This document shows positions 17,108 through 24,288 of a stretch of DNA of 24,288 nucleotides, one piece after another (position 1 is the stretch's first letter; every line of letters begins with the position of its first letter). A program made the translations under genes and the position numbers. Source of the stretch: an uncultured virus (IMG/VR IMGVR_UViG_3300046472_000138) (lineage: Duplodnaviria; Heunggongvirae; Uroviricota; Caudoviricetes); IMG/VR virus record IMGVR_UViG_3300046472_000138; one strand, written 5' to 3'. Under the pieces are notes generated by a model. That model was given only the letters and a program-made list of their open reading frames with translations, was not told where the DNA came from and made no database searches.

Positions 17108-17295
17108 TAATGACCTTTTCCCATAACTTCTTCCACTATTCCTTTAAAGTAATCTTTTAACGCCTGCTCAGTAAGTTCATCGAAGATTTCGTGTTTTATG
17201 CTTTCTGGCCTTTTATCCCACATTTCAGAAAGAAGATCATCAACACCAAACAAGCCGCTTTCCGAAGCGATTTGAAGAAAGCGTTGCTTCGTCAT
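17107..17295 (-). CDS. Hypothetical protein
   Basis: Coupled ORF with a GGAG/GGA RBS. Confidence 0.6.
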   Translation of the reverse strand: MTKQRFLQIASESGLFGVDDLLSEMWDKRPESIKHEIFDELTEQALKDYFKGIVEEVMGKGH

Positions 17296-17510
17296 TTCTT
17301 TTCCTTCTCCAATTCGGCAAGGAGGGCATCGGCAAGAGAAACTGTGTTAGTAACTAATCTATTTTGCAATTCATTGGTAATCGGAAGCGCACCACTAGCC
17401 CTAATAATTTCTAGCAGAATATCCTTTGCTAGATTGAAGCGGCGATCACTTGTGGTTCTTGGGATTACTCCGCAACCTTCTGACATTCCCTCAGTCTTTT
17501 CATTGCTCAT
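17292..17510 (-). CDS. Hypothetical phage protein
   Basis: Coupled ORF ending in the common phage motif ADALLAELEK. Confidence 0.7.
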   Translation of the reverse strand: MSNEKTEGMSEGCGVIPRTTSDRRFNLAKDILLEIIRASGALPITNELQNRLVTNTVSLADALLAELEKEKK

Positions 17511-18064
17511 AAACTCACCCTCGCCTTGTAACGGTAAAATGTGGCAATTGAGATATTAGTCAGTTTACAAATATCTTCTGGTTTATTGGTTGGGTCTTTT
17601 GCAAGGCTGGTAAACATTTCAAGGGTTTTTCCTTTGAGTGACTTGGGCCTTCCTCCGGTCCTACCTCTTAATCTTGCTGCTGCCAGTCCTGCCATTACTC
17701 TTTCTTGGGTTGTTGATCTTACAAATTCAGCTAAAGCGGCAAATACATGAAAAACCAATCTGCCGGTGGCGGTATTCGTATCCATTGATTCAGTTAAGCT
17801 AACAAATTCAATTCCGTTTTTTCTCAAACTCTCAACAGTAGACACTAAATGAACCAATGACCTTCCAAGCCGATCAAGTTTCCAAACAACCAATGAATCT
17901 CCAGATTTTAAAGAATTGAGGCAATCTTTCAATCCAGGCCTTTCATTATCTCCACCGCTTAAATGATCACTGAAGACCTGATCACACTTAAATTTGTAAA
18001 GTGCATCAAGCTGGAGATTTAAATTTTGATATTCGGTTGAAACTCTGGCATATCCGATCTTCAT
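17507..18064 (-). CDS. Small serine recombinase (resolvase/invertase family) with a C-terminal HTH
   Basis: MKIGYARVST, LVVWKLDRLGRS, GRTGGRP, ISIATFYRY. Start at 18064 has GGAG upstream, and the longer track start is unlikely. Confidence 0.95.
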   Translation of the reverse strand: MKIGYARVSTEYQNLNLQLDALYKFKCDQVFSDHLSGGDNERPGLKDCLNSLKSGDSLVVWKLDRLGRSLVHLVSTVESLRKNGIEFVSLTESMDTNTATGRLVFHVFAALAEFVRSTTQERVMAGLAAARLRGRTGGRPKSLKGKTLEMFTSLAKDPTNKPEDICKLTNISIATFYRYKARVSL

Positions 18065-18065
18065 T

Positions 18066-18188
18066 TTATCAAAACTCCACTTCCCATTTTGTTTTTGATT
18101 ATGAGGTAATGAGAAATCTTTTTGATAGTCTGAAGAATAGCACAAAATGGTTTCATGTCAAAAATACTATATCCACCTGTTTTTGAGA
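18066..18188. promoter_or_regulatory. res/hix-like recombinase binding sites
   Basis: TTATCAAAAC (18066), GTTTTTGATT (18091), CTTTTTGATA (18118), TGTCAAAAAT (18156), GTTTTTGAGA (18179). These resemble hix half-sites. Confidence 0.65.
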
Positions 18189-18193
18189 ATGGT

Positions 18194-18460
18194 CTAATCA
18201 GACGCTTCCGATAAGCAATCTGTGCAGCACTCCATTTTCCCATAGGAGAGAAAGTACCGCTTGCACTCTCGGCAGCAATCAATCTTCTTTTTCTCATCAT
18301 CTGGGAGTTGAGCCAAGACTTTATTCAGTTGGTCCTTGACGGAAACAACAGAATCCATACTTTCTTGAATTTCTTTAACCTTGTTGAGCAGCATAACGCA
18401 TCGCTCAACGTCTATTCTAAGGCGATTCATTTCAGCGACGGCGGTTGAAAGTTTTGGCAT
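18194..18460 (-). CDS. Coiled-coil protein with a C-terminal Cys cluster
   Basis: AAGGA RBS. CCREC...CCTDC. Confidence 0.7.
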   Translation of the reverse strand: MPKLSTAVAEMNRLRIDVERCVMLLNKVKEIQESMDSVVSVKDQLNKVLAQLPDDEKKKIDCCRECKRYFLSYGKMECCTDCLSEASD

Positions 18461-18550
18461 ATTATTCCTTTACACTCGTTTTTGCGCTCGGTGTGCCCCG
18501 CTAGTGCCCATTAGGTAGATTGGTTGGAAGCACAGGGCATCACCTGCCTT

Positions 18551-18646
18551 TTAACTAGACCTGATCAGAGAAACAAGAACACCGATGATAAGGATCAGAA
18601 ACACTACTCCAATCGCGGCAACAGCAAAATCAAAGTTGGTTGGCAT
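18551..18646 (-). CDS. 31 aa single-TM peptide
   Basis: MPTNFDFAVAAIGVVFLILIIGVLVSLIRSS, abutting the upstream stop. Confidence 0.5.
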   Translation of the reverse strand: MPTNFDFAVAAIGVVFLILIIGVLVSLIRSS

Positions 18647-18877
18647 TCACCTGAACAGATGCGTGCCTGACAATCCGAGCAAAAGGTTAATCAGGAAGAT
18701 CACAATAACTACAATCAAGATGACCTTTAGGACTTTGTTAAAAGGCTCTGGTGTTCCACAAGCGTCGATTGCCCACATCAAAACCCAGAAAATCAGACCG
18801 GCGATTACCAGGGTAATGAAGACGCTTAACAGATCACCCAAAGCGATAGTTCCAAGCAGAGACAGTGTTGCGATCAT
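18647..18877 (-). CDS. Small two-TM membrane protein
   Basis: AAGGAG RBS. Two hydrophobic helices around PEPFNKV. Confidence 0.8.
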   Translation of the reverse strand: MIATLSLLGTIALGDLLSVFITLVIAGLIFWVLMWAIDACGTPEPFNKVLKVILIVVIVIFLINLLLGLSGTHLFR

Positions 18878-18898
18878 TTTAATGCTCCTTTTTTAGAT

Positions 18899-19000
18899 TT
18901 AATCCGGTGGATGAATAATATCATCCCAATCAACATAGAAAACAATGGCAACTAACAGGACGACGAATATTCCAAAGTAAATCCAGAATCTAGTTTCCAT
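18899..19000 (-). CDS. 33 aa single-TM peptide
   Basis: METRFWIYFGIFVVLLVAIVFYVDWDDIIHPPD, abutting the upstream stop. Confidence 0.5.
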   Translation of the reverse strand: METRFWIYFGIFVVLLVAIVFYVDWDDIIHPPD

Positions 19001-19180
19001 TTAACTTTGTTCTAAATAAACAACGTCATATTCATCTGGGTGATCATAATGTGAAGTGATAACAACACTTTTAACTTCTGCTTTCCCATCAGAGTAATCA
19101 AGATTTTCAGTGAATACCCTTAAATCTTTCTTCTCTTCTGAGAGGCATTGGAGTACGGAAATCAATTCTCTGGCTGTCAT
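19001..19180 (-). CDS. 59 aa hypothetical phage protein
   Basis: MTARELISVLQCLSEEKKDLRV..., a phage-like MTxxELIxxL start. Abuts both neighbours. Confidence 0.6.
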   Translation of the reverse strand: MTARELISVLQCLSEEKKDLRVFTENLDYSDGKAEVKSVVITSHYDHPDEYDVVYLEQS

Positions 19181-19369
19181 CTAGTTTCCATCATCTTCCA
19201 TCCAAGGTTCGATTAGGGCATCCCAAACGAGGTTTGAGATGATTGCTGCGGCGAATCCGAAGAACAGGGAAATTATACCTGTCCAAAACATAGACAGTCC
19301 GATAGACAGAATGAATACGCTCGGCACTGTGACTAAGCAGCAAAAGGCAAAGGTGAAGAGAGATTTCAT
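19181..19369 (-). CDS. Small two-TM membrane protein
   Basis: Two hydrophobic stretches and an acidic tail. Confidence 0.6.
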   Translation of the reverse strand: MKSLFTFAFCCLVTVPSVFILSIGLSMFWTGIISLFFGFAAAIISNLVWDALIEPWMEDDGN

Positions 19370-19376
19370 ATATCGA

Positions 19377-19607
19377 TCATTCTGACTTATCCATCATATT
19401 TATTAAGGCCGTTTCTAATCTCAACTGCTCCTCTTCTAGCATGGAGATACGTAATTCTCTTCGCACCAGAATGGCGGTTGCTTCAGTCTGAAACTTTTTC
19501 AACCGCTTAATTTCAGCATCTTGATGGCTCAGGCCAGCAGCGTATCCTTGTTCCCATGCTTCAACATTAGTTGTCTTGACACCGTAAATATCATAAGGAT
19601 TCTTCAT
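19377..19607 (-). CDS. Coiled-coil phage protein
   Basis: AWEQGYAAG and DAEIKRLKK motifs. Confidence 0.65.
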   Translation of the reverse strand: MKNPYDIYGVKTTNVEAWEQGYAAGLSHQDAEIKRLKKFQTEATAILVRRELRISMLEEEQLRLETALINMMDKSE

Positions 19608-19744
19608 TGCCCTACTCTCTTAGACTTCCAAATCTTCCTTACATCTTGAATCTTGCCTTGCTCACGCAGCATCTTGGCGAGTCGCGGACCTCCCATGATG
19701 GTCTTGGCATCTTCGTTCCAGCACCTGTCTTTTCTGAGTTTCAT
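19604..19744 (-). CDS. Small basic protein (MKLRKDRCW...)
   Basis: GGAGG RBS and ATGA coupling suggest a start at 19744 within the track ORF 19604-19867. Confidence 0.5.
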   Translation of the reverse strand: MKLRKDRCWNEDAKTIMGGPRLAKMLREQGKIQDVRKIWKSKRVGQ

Positions 19745-20061
19745 ACATCCTCCATTTTTAGAATTTTGAATTTGCCAACTTTCTTCCGATGGGCTATTTC
19801 GCATTTGACATGGAAAGGGAAATTCCCTCTTCTGAGATTGATTTTCTTCTTCCCGCAATACCGGCAAATATCCTTGATATGCTCTTCTGTTTTTTCATCT
19901 GCTACAAATTTAAGATCAAAAAGAACGCATATTTCCTGAAGTCCTGAAATCGCTTTCTGCCGGTCATACTGCTTGAACTCAACAAACTTTTTAATCTCGG
20001 CAAAGGTTTCTGAAACAGTATAGAGCAGGAATTTTCTCACTTCAGGATCGAGGTTGTTCAT
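19741..20061 (-). CDS. Hypothetical protein with a CxxC...HxxC motif
   Basis: CRYC...HVKC. Coupled ORF. Confidence 0.65.
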   Translation of the reverse strand: MNNLDPEVRKFLLYTVSETFAEIKKFVEFKQYDRQKAISGLQEICVLFDLKFVADEKTEEHIKDICRYCGKKKINLRRGNFPFHVKCEIAHRKKVGKFKILKMEDV

Positions 20062-20132
20062 CGTTCTGCCAACTTCACAAGAATGTAGACAATGGAAAAA
20101 ACGATAGCGATTGCGAAAATAAGATCAATCAT
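20058..20132 (-). CDS. 24 aa single-TM peptide
   Basis: MIDLIFAIAIVFSIVYILVKLAER, with ATGA overlap to the next gene. Confidence 0.45.
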   Translation of the reverse strand: MIDLIFAIAIVFSIVYILVKLAER

Positions 20133-20146
20133 ATGATTTCAATGAA

Positions 20147-20465
20147 TCCAGTGGAAGTCTCAGACCTGCCGACCAAGGTTAGCCTGAGACTAGGCAAGCC
20201 GCCTTCTATCCACTGGAACTGATTCCCCGCTTGGCTTCCTCTTAGCTGTATATCCAAGCTAGCCGTCAACCCTAATGGGCTGTCCCGTCCAACAGGAGCG
20301 GGGAAACTTGATTCCCTCCCTCCGTGAGAGTATCGGATAAGCTCGTCAGCAAACCAGTTGTGCTCTCTCACGCTTCGCAGCCGGAACCGGCGTACTCGGC
20401 CAGCACAGGCAAGGGAGGGAAACTTGATAAGTTATTATTCCACGGCGGGACGCTGAATCCCGCCG
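20147..20465 (-). ncRNA. Candidate structured RNA array: three closed-stem domains with a repeated linker, plus one hairpin
   Basis: Perfect closing stems 20147-55/20209-17, 20223-31/20297-305 and 20312-21/20412-21. Each is followed on + by AC(T)TGA. Strand assumed from the surrounding genes. Confidence 0.55.
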
Positions 20466-20525
20466 CCTTCTTCCGTTAAGAATCACCGTTTCTGGATATT
20501 CAAGACCTCCTTTTATGGGGATTTA

Positions 20526-20999
20526 CTAAATCGTTTCCTTCCCAAAGTTGTCGATAAAGGATTTCGGAAGTTGACCTGATTTCAACCCAGAAATAATCAG
20601 ATTCAAGTCCATGATGGTGTCTTGATCTTGATGGGCGACTTCTTTAAGCCTAGCATTCTCCGCTTCCAACTCTTCAATGCGCTTCAATTCTTCGACAGGT
20701 GCGCTATTGAGTTGAGCAAGGGCTTGACCTAGCTTGGCGTTCTCCGCTTCGAGTTGGGCGATGCGCTGATAGCAATAATCTATTGATATGCCTCGACTCT
20801 TCCATACTACCGTCAGCCGCTCAATCTCTGCTTCGAGGGTGGAGATACGCTGTTTATCCTGGAATATTGGGGCAAGAAGAGCCTTCTTCAGCCGCTCAAT
20901 CTCCGCATCTTTGACTTCAATCAGCATGACTACTTCCGGAGCCCTGCACCACTCCCCAGGAATATGCCTAAAAGTATAGCGATCAATACTCGATTTCAT
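20526..20999 (-). CDS. Coiled-coil phage protein with repeated EAE(I/N)xRL units
   Basis: DAEIERL, EAEIERL, EAENAKL, EAENARL. GAGGA RBS. Confidence 0.75.
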   Translation of the reverse strand: MKSSIDRYTFRHIPGEWCRAPEVVMLIEVKDAEIERLKKALLAPIFQDKQRISTLEAEIERLTVVWKSRGISIDYCYQRIAQLEAENAKLGQALAQLNSAPVEELKRIEELEAENARLKEVAHQDQDTIMDLNLIISGLKSGQLPKSFIDNFGKETI

Positions 21000-21333
21000 C
21001 TAGGGCTTCCTCCTCACAAAGATTCCCTTGCCTGTTTTCATTGACAATGAGTTGATATTCAAATGTTCCAAGGTAGCAGGCTCTTCGTTGTTTATTTACG
21101 GTATGATAACCAAACCTTTTCTTTCTCAAATGCCTCAACTGTGCGCTGATACTGGCTTGTGGATCGCCTGTAATTGTTTCAATCTCTGCCAGAGTGCGCC
21201 ATTCACCATCTTGCATCAGGTCGTAAATACGGAGGATTTGACCTGTCAACCGGGCATCATCTAACTCGCGGTCATAGTCCGAGCCAGTGAAGCGGAATTC
21301 AAGTGGTAGCTGGCGGTTCTCTTCGGTCATCAT
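20983..21333 (-). CDS. Winged-helix DNA-binding phage protein
   Basis: LMQDGEWRTLAEIETITGDPQASISAQLRHLRK. Confidence 0.8.
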   Translation of the reverse strand: MMTEENRQLPLEFRFTGSDYDRELDDARLTGQILRIYDLMQDGEWRTLAEIETITGDPQASISAQLRHLRKKRFGYHTVNKQRRACYLGTFEYQLIVNENRQGNLCEEEALDEIEY

Positions 21334-21481
21334 TTAAAAGTCCATCATCAATCAGGGATTGCCAGAACCAATCATTCAGGCCACGCTCGGCATCCTGCCT
21401 GTCTTTATCGGAAATGTCAGTCCTTTGCAAATAGGCTTGCAGTTGTTTCAATTCTTCTTGTGTCTGGGGCTTCAAAATCAA
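21299..21481 (-). CDS. Hypothetical protein
   Basis: GGAGG RBS before TTG. Overlaps the methyltransferase C-terminus and fills the gap. Confidence 0.45.
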   Translation of the reverse strand: MILKPQTQEELKQLQAYLQRTDISDKDRQDAERGLNDWFWQSLIDDGLLNDDRREPPATT

Positions 21482-22178
21482 GTACCTCCTGCTGCATTCG
21501 TTTGGCAGCTATCTCGCAATAGCGTTCTTCAATCTCGATTCCGATGGCTTTACGGCCCAGGTCTTTGGCGGCTCTGAGGGTTGTTCCGCTACCCATAAAC
21601 AGATCTAGCACAATTTCTTCCGTATCTGAAAACAAGGCCACCAGTTCCTTGATCAACTTAAGCGGCTTCTGCGTTTCATGATAATTGCATAAACCGCCGA
21701 ATTCACCCTTGTTGTGGATAAATACTCCATGCTTCCCACCACCGTTCCATTCCGAGCGGCCCTGAGCATGACACGCTATGAAAGTCTCATAACCCATACC
21801 TGGCCGGTCTCCGCTATATTGTGGCATCCCATCCGGCTTGACCCAAATACAAGTTCTTCGGTAGTTCATCCCACTCGCTTCTAATTGCTCGCGCCACAAC
21901 ATTGCCGCTTCGATCTGGCAGAAAACCAGTGCCCAACCAACACACAGTCTTGATATTTCTCTGGCCGCATCCTGTCTAAGTTCAAAGCTGAGGGGTTCAA
22001 AGCTGAGGGGTTCATTACCTAGGCCATTTCCACGCCTCACCCGTCTTTGCAAAGTATGCGCTTCTGCTTCATAAGGTGGATCAGTCAACACCAAATCTAC
22101 CGGCTCAAGTTGAGGCAGTATCTCCCGGCAATCGGCATGGTAGATGGTAACGGCTGAATCTTGGTAGTAAGGGGTCAT
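21417..22178 (-). CDS. N4-cytosine/N6-adenine DNA methyltransferase (beta class), orphan
   Basis: LTDPPY precedes HETQKP and LDLFMGSGTT, then GIEIEERY. Start at 22178 (MTPYYQD) overlaps the RecT stop. Confidence 0.93.
   Translation of the reverse strand: MTPYYQDSAVTIYHADCREILPQLEPVDLVLTDPPYEAEAHTLQRRVRRGNGLGNEPLSFEPLSFELRQDAAREISRLCVGWALVFCQIEAAMLWREQLEASGMNYRRTCIWVKPDGMPQYSGDRPGMGYETFIACHAQGRSEWNGGGKHGVFIHNKGEFGGLCNYHETQKPLKLIKELVALFSDTEEIVLDLFMGSGTTLRAAKDLGRKAIGIEIEERYCEIAAKRMQQEVLDFEAPDTRRIETTASLFAKD
21980..22014. repeat. 15 bp tandem duplication inside the methyltransferase
   Basis: GTTCAAAGCTGAGGG x2 plus GTTCA, encoding EPLSF-EPLSF. Confidence 0.9.
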
Positions 22179-23305
22179 TTCATCTGCCCCAAAGAATCGG
22201 CAATCTCTCGCATCCAGGCAACGTTCTCGCAGCTTGCCAAATCTTGCACAGTTAAAAACATATGGCCCATGCTGCATTTGCATTTCAGGGAGATGTTTTT
22301 CAGGATCTCTTCCATGATACTCGGATTGTTTGATCGGCTGATAAGAAGGTCTTGAATATCCATTCTCAAGCTGGCAATTTCTTTTTGCTTGGGGTCTTTT
22401 TTGCCTTCTTGTATTCTGTGATTAATGATTTCACTAGAAGGCTCATTTCGTTCGGATTCATTCCCTCCGCTAACAACCTTATTATCTCTTCCGGTTGAGC
22501 TATGATTATTAATTTCATTGTCTTCCTCCTGTATTTTAGGATTTGGCTTAATCAATCTAATTTCCTGTGGACTCGGCAGCACTCCGAAATTGTCTTCTTC
22601 GAGCGGTAAATCAATGTGGTTTTTGTCATCGACTGAATCGAGAGCGATTGACTGTCGTAGTTCTACTGATGCTGGCAGAGACTTGCAGAGTCTTTTCAAA
22701 ACTGTCTTCTTTGCCATCTCAACAAAGTCAGTAACCCAGGGGCCGTCATCTGCCGCTCGGCTTCTCAATCTGACCTTTTCAATCTCTGAAAGGTCCATCA
22801 CTTCAAATTGAGTTTCATCAGAGCGGAGTTTTGCCACAGCGTAAACATAAGTCAACTCTCCACGCTCACCAAGTGCTGGTTTATGCTGCAATCCTTCGTT
22901 TAATCCATACCAATATTCAAAGATATCATTTTCAAGGACTGCCCTTGCGTAGATTGCTTTGATTTCTCCAGACCTTCGGGCGATAGCACACAATCCCTGA
23001 TAGCCTGGAATCATTCGGCAAATGTATTGCCCTGTCTTGTTTTTGAATGGTATCAAGTATGCCTGTCCTAGCACACGTCCTGGCTCTAATCCCAACTGGC
23101 TACATTCCATGAGTGCCCCAAGGAAACTCTCTGCGGTGCATTCATTGAGATGTTTCACGGTTTGGAAATCAGTGAGGGCCATTCGGATGATGCGGGCAGG
23201 GTCAAGATGCTTCGGTAGGACTTTCTGGATTTCAGGTTTCATCTTTTCAAGCAATCCCCTGATAGTGTCTATCTTTGTCAATCCTTGCTGGACTTGTTTG
23301 TTCAT
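22175..23305 (-). CDS. recT: RecT-family single-strand annealing recombinase with a C-terminal extension
   Basis: LPKHL, SQLGLEP, GQAYLIPF, GYQGL, ARRSGEI, GPWVTDFVEMAKKTVLKRLCKSLP. Confidence 0.93.
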   Translation of the reverse strand: MNKQVQQGLTKIDTIRGLLEKMKPEIQKVLPKHLDPARIIRMALTDFQTVKHLNECTAESFLGALMECSQLGLEPGRVLGQAYLIPFKNKTGQYICRMIPGYQGLCAIARRSGEIKAIYARAVLENDIFEYWYGLNEGLQHKPALGERGELTYVYAVAKLRSDETQFEVMDLSEIEKVRLRSRAADDGPWVTDFVEMAKKTVLKRLCKSLPASVELRQSIALDSVDDKNHIDLPLEEDNFGVLPSPQEIRLIKPNPKIQEEDNEINNHSSTGRDNKVVSGGNESERNEPSSEIINHRIQEGKKDPKQKEIASLRMDIQDLLISRSNNPSIMEEILKNISLKCKCSMGHMFLTVQDLASCENVAWMREIADSLGQMK

Positions 23306-23532
23306 TTTGCGCGGCTCCTTTTTGGGTTAAGTGGATTACCTGCTCTGAAAAATCCGCAAACTTTGCTTGTGCAAATATAAGTTGAACTGAATTTATATCT
23401 AAATACTGCAACTTCACTTCCACACTTCGGACATTTAGGCGAGGGAGGCGATTGCTTGCACGCCTCCTGTGGTTGGTCTGCTTGGGATGATTCTTGTGGA
23501 ATGTGGGATTGATTTAAGGGAGAGAGTTTCAT
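23302..23532 (-). CDS. Small zinc-ribbon protein
   Basis: CPKCG...CTSKVCGF. ATGA coupling on both sides. Confidence 0.7.
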   Translation of the reverse strand: MKLSPLNQSHIPQESSQADQPQEACKQSPPSPKCPKCGSEVAVFRYKFSSTYICTSKVCGFFRAGNPLNPKRSRAK

Positions 23533-23951
23533 TTTCCGAGCCTCTGTTTTTTGAATTCTTCATCTACGATTTCATTCATTTTTGTGACCATCTCGGCGGG
23601 ATGTTGATCATCGTAATATTTCCCTTTATCTGGCATGAGTGGAAGTATTCTTTGAATGATTTTAGCTGTCGGACCTTCAGGAATCTGGTCGGCCCATTTT
23701 TTCGTAACAACCTCTTCTGGATCAGGGGCCATTGCCTCAATGAAATCTCCTGGCAAGGGGAATCCTTTTGAAAATTCATTTTTAGATTTTTCCATCAACT
23801 TCCTACAGGCATTCGTAAACTGGTCGGAGTTAAACTTAATCAAACGTTGCCAGTATTGGTCAAGAGCTACCTTGGAAAGGGAGGGGAGTCCCCACATTTC
23901 CCGCATGACATTCATAGCATTTGTAAAGGCTAATATTTCATCACTTTTCAT
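23529..23951 (-). CDS. Putative replicative helicase loader/inhibitor-like protein
   Basis: Directly after the initiator. YW..L...F..AC...FPLPGDF pattern. Start at 23951 (MKSDE) preferred. Confidence 0.55.
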   Translation of the reverse strand: MKSDEILAFTNAMNVMREMWGLPSLSKVALDQYWQRLIKFNSDQFTNACRKLMEKSKNEFSKGFPLPGDFIEAMAPDPEEVVTKKWADQIPEGPTAKIIQRILPLMPDKGKYYDDQHPAEMVTKMNEIVDEEFKKQRLGK

Positions 23952-24288
23952 TGATTTTTGCCTGTTTAAACCCCTCCTCAATCCCGACAGTTGGTTGAGA
24001 ATTAATGTCCGGCTCATCAAGCCAGCGTTTTCGGTTGAGATAGGTTGTTGGGTGGGGAATATAGCCAGCAATCCAGCCGCGGGAAGTCTTTTGCCATTCC
24101 AATGCTTTCAGAATTAGGTCAAGAGCGCCGTTCCCTAGTTTCATCTTGATCCAAGTCTCAAGGCATTTAAGTTTATCGACCTTCTTGGGGTACGAAGTCC
24201 AAAAAACCACAAACTCCGCAGGTGTATTTGTTTCATTTTCTTTAATTATCTTTCTTTTTCTTTTATTGTTAGTGTCCTCTTGCTGCTC
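23941..24288 (-). CDS. Phage replication initiator/replisome organiser, C-terminal part (5'-partial)
   Basis: Frame is open to the window edge. FVVFWTSYPKKVDK...YIPHPTTYLNRKRWLDE motif. Confidence 0.8.
   Translation of the reverse strand, partial: EQQEDTNNKRKRKIIKENETNTPAEFVVFWTSYPKKVDKLKCLETWIKMKLGNGALDLILKALEWQKTSRGWIAGYIPHPTTYLNRKRWLDEPDINSQPTVGIEEGFKQAKINEK

Larger units (their letters stand above)
16405..24288 (-). mobile_element. Phage-like early/replication/recombination module (runs off the right edge)
   Basis: Replication initiator, RecT, methyltransferase, serine recombinase and many small coupled ORFs, all on the - strand. Confidence 0.8.

Noticed and set aside
18506..18515. 10 nt complementarity (GCCCATTAGG) between this stem-loop and the middle unit of the 20.2 kb array
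   Set aside because: A 10-mer match is expected by chance at this search size.
20129..20371. 80 aa ORF over the RNA array
   Set aside because: GTG start without a clear RBS and no protein-like motifs. The sequence is better explained by base pairing, though coding is not fully excluded.
20323..20372. Hammerhead ribozyme on the - strand (CTGACGA followed by GATAC and a flanking stem)
   Set aside because: The topology is suggestive, but the core has GAUA instead of GAAA, lacks the UH cleavage triplet and has almost no stem II.
20147..20427. CRISPR array
   Set aside because: The repeat is only about 12-14 nt, intervening units are 71-110 nt and self-paired, and there are no cas genes.
21417..22178. 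Restriction-modification system
   Set aside because: No recognisable endonuclease is adjacent, and orphan methyltransferases are common in phage early regions.
23656..24117. 153 aa + strand ORF and other + strand ORFs across 17191-24117
   Set aside because: Antisense to well-supported, translationally coupled - strand genes.

Overview
This window looks like part of a prokaryotic virus or provirus genome with two convergent gene blocks. The + strand (1-16416) reads as a late/virion module. It has small membrane and zinc-finger genes, an Arg-rich protein punctuated by Asn-Pro motifs with a hydrophobic C-terminus, and four adjacent beta-rich genes sharing jelly-roll-like motifs. These are followed by spike-like beta-helix proteins, a tandem GT2 glycosyltransferase and a membrane-anchored lytic transglycosylase. 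The - strand (16405-24288) is a temperate-phage-like early module with a replication initiator fragment, a helicase-loader-like protein, RecT, an N4/N6 DNA methyltransferase, a small serine recombinase with a res-like site and many small ORFs. I recognise no terminase, portal, HK97 capsid, tail tube or tape measure gene. The best inference is a tailless, internal-membrane (Varidnaviria-like) virus, but no packaging ATPase is in the window and all fold assignments are by eye. Several non-coding structures stand out, especially a tandem array of three closed-stem domains joined by a repeated linker at 20147-20427.
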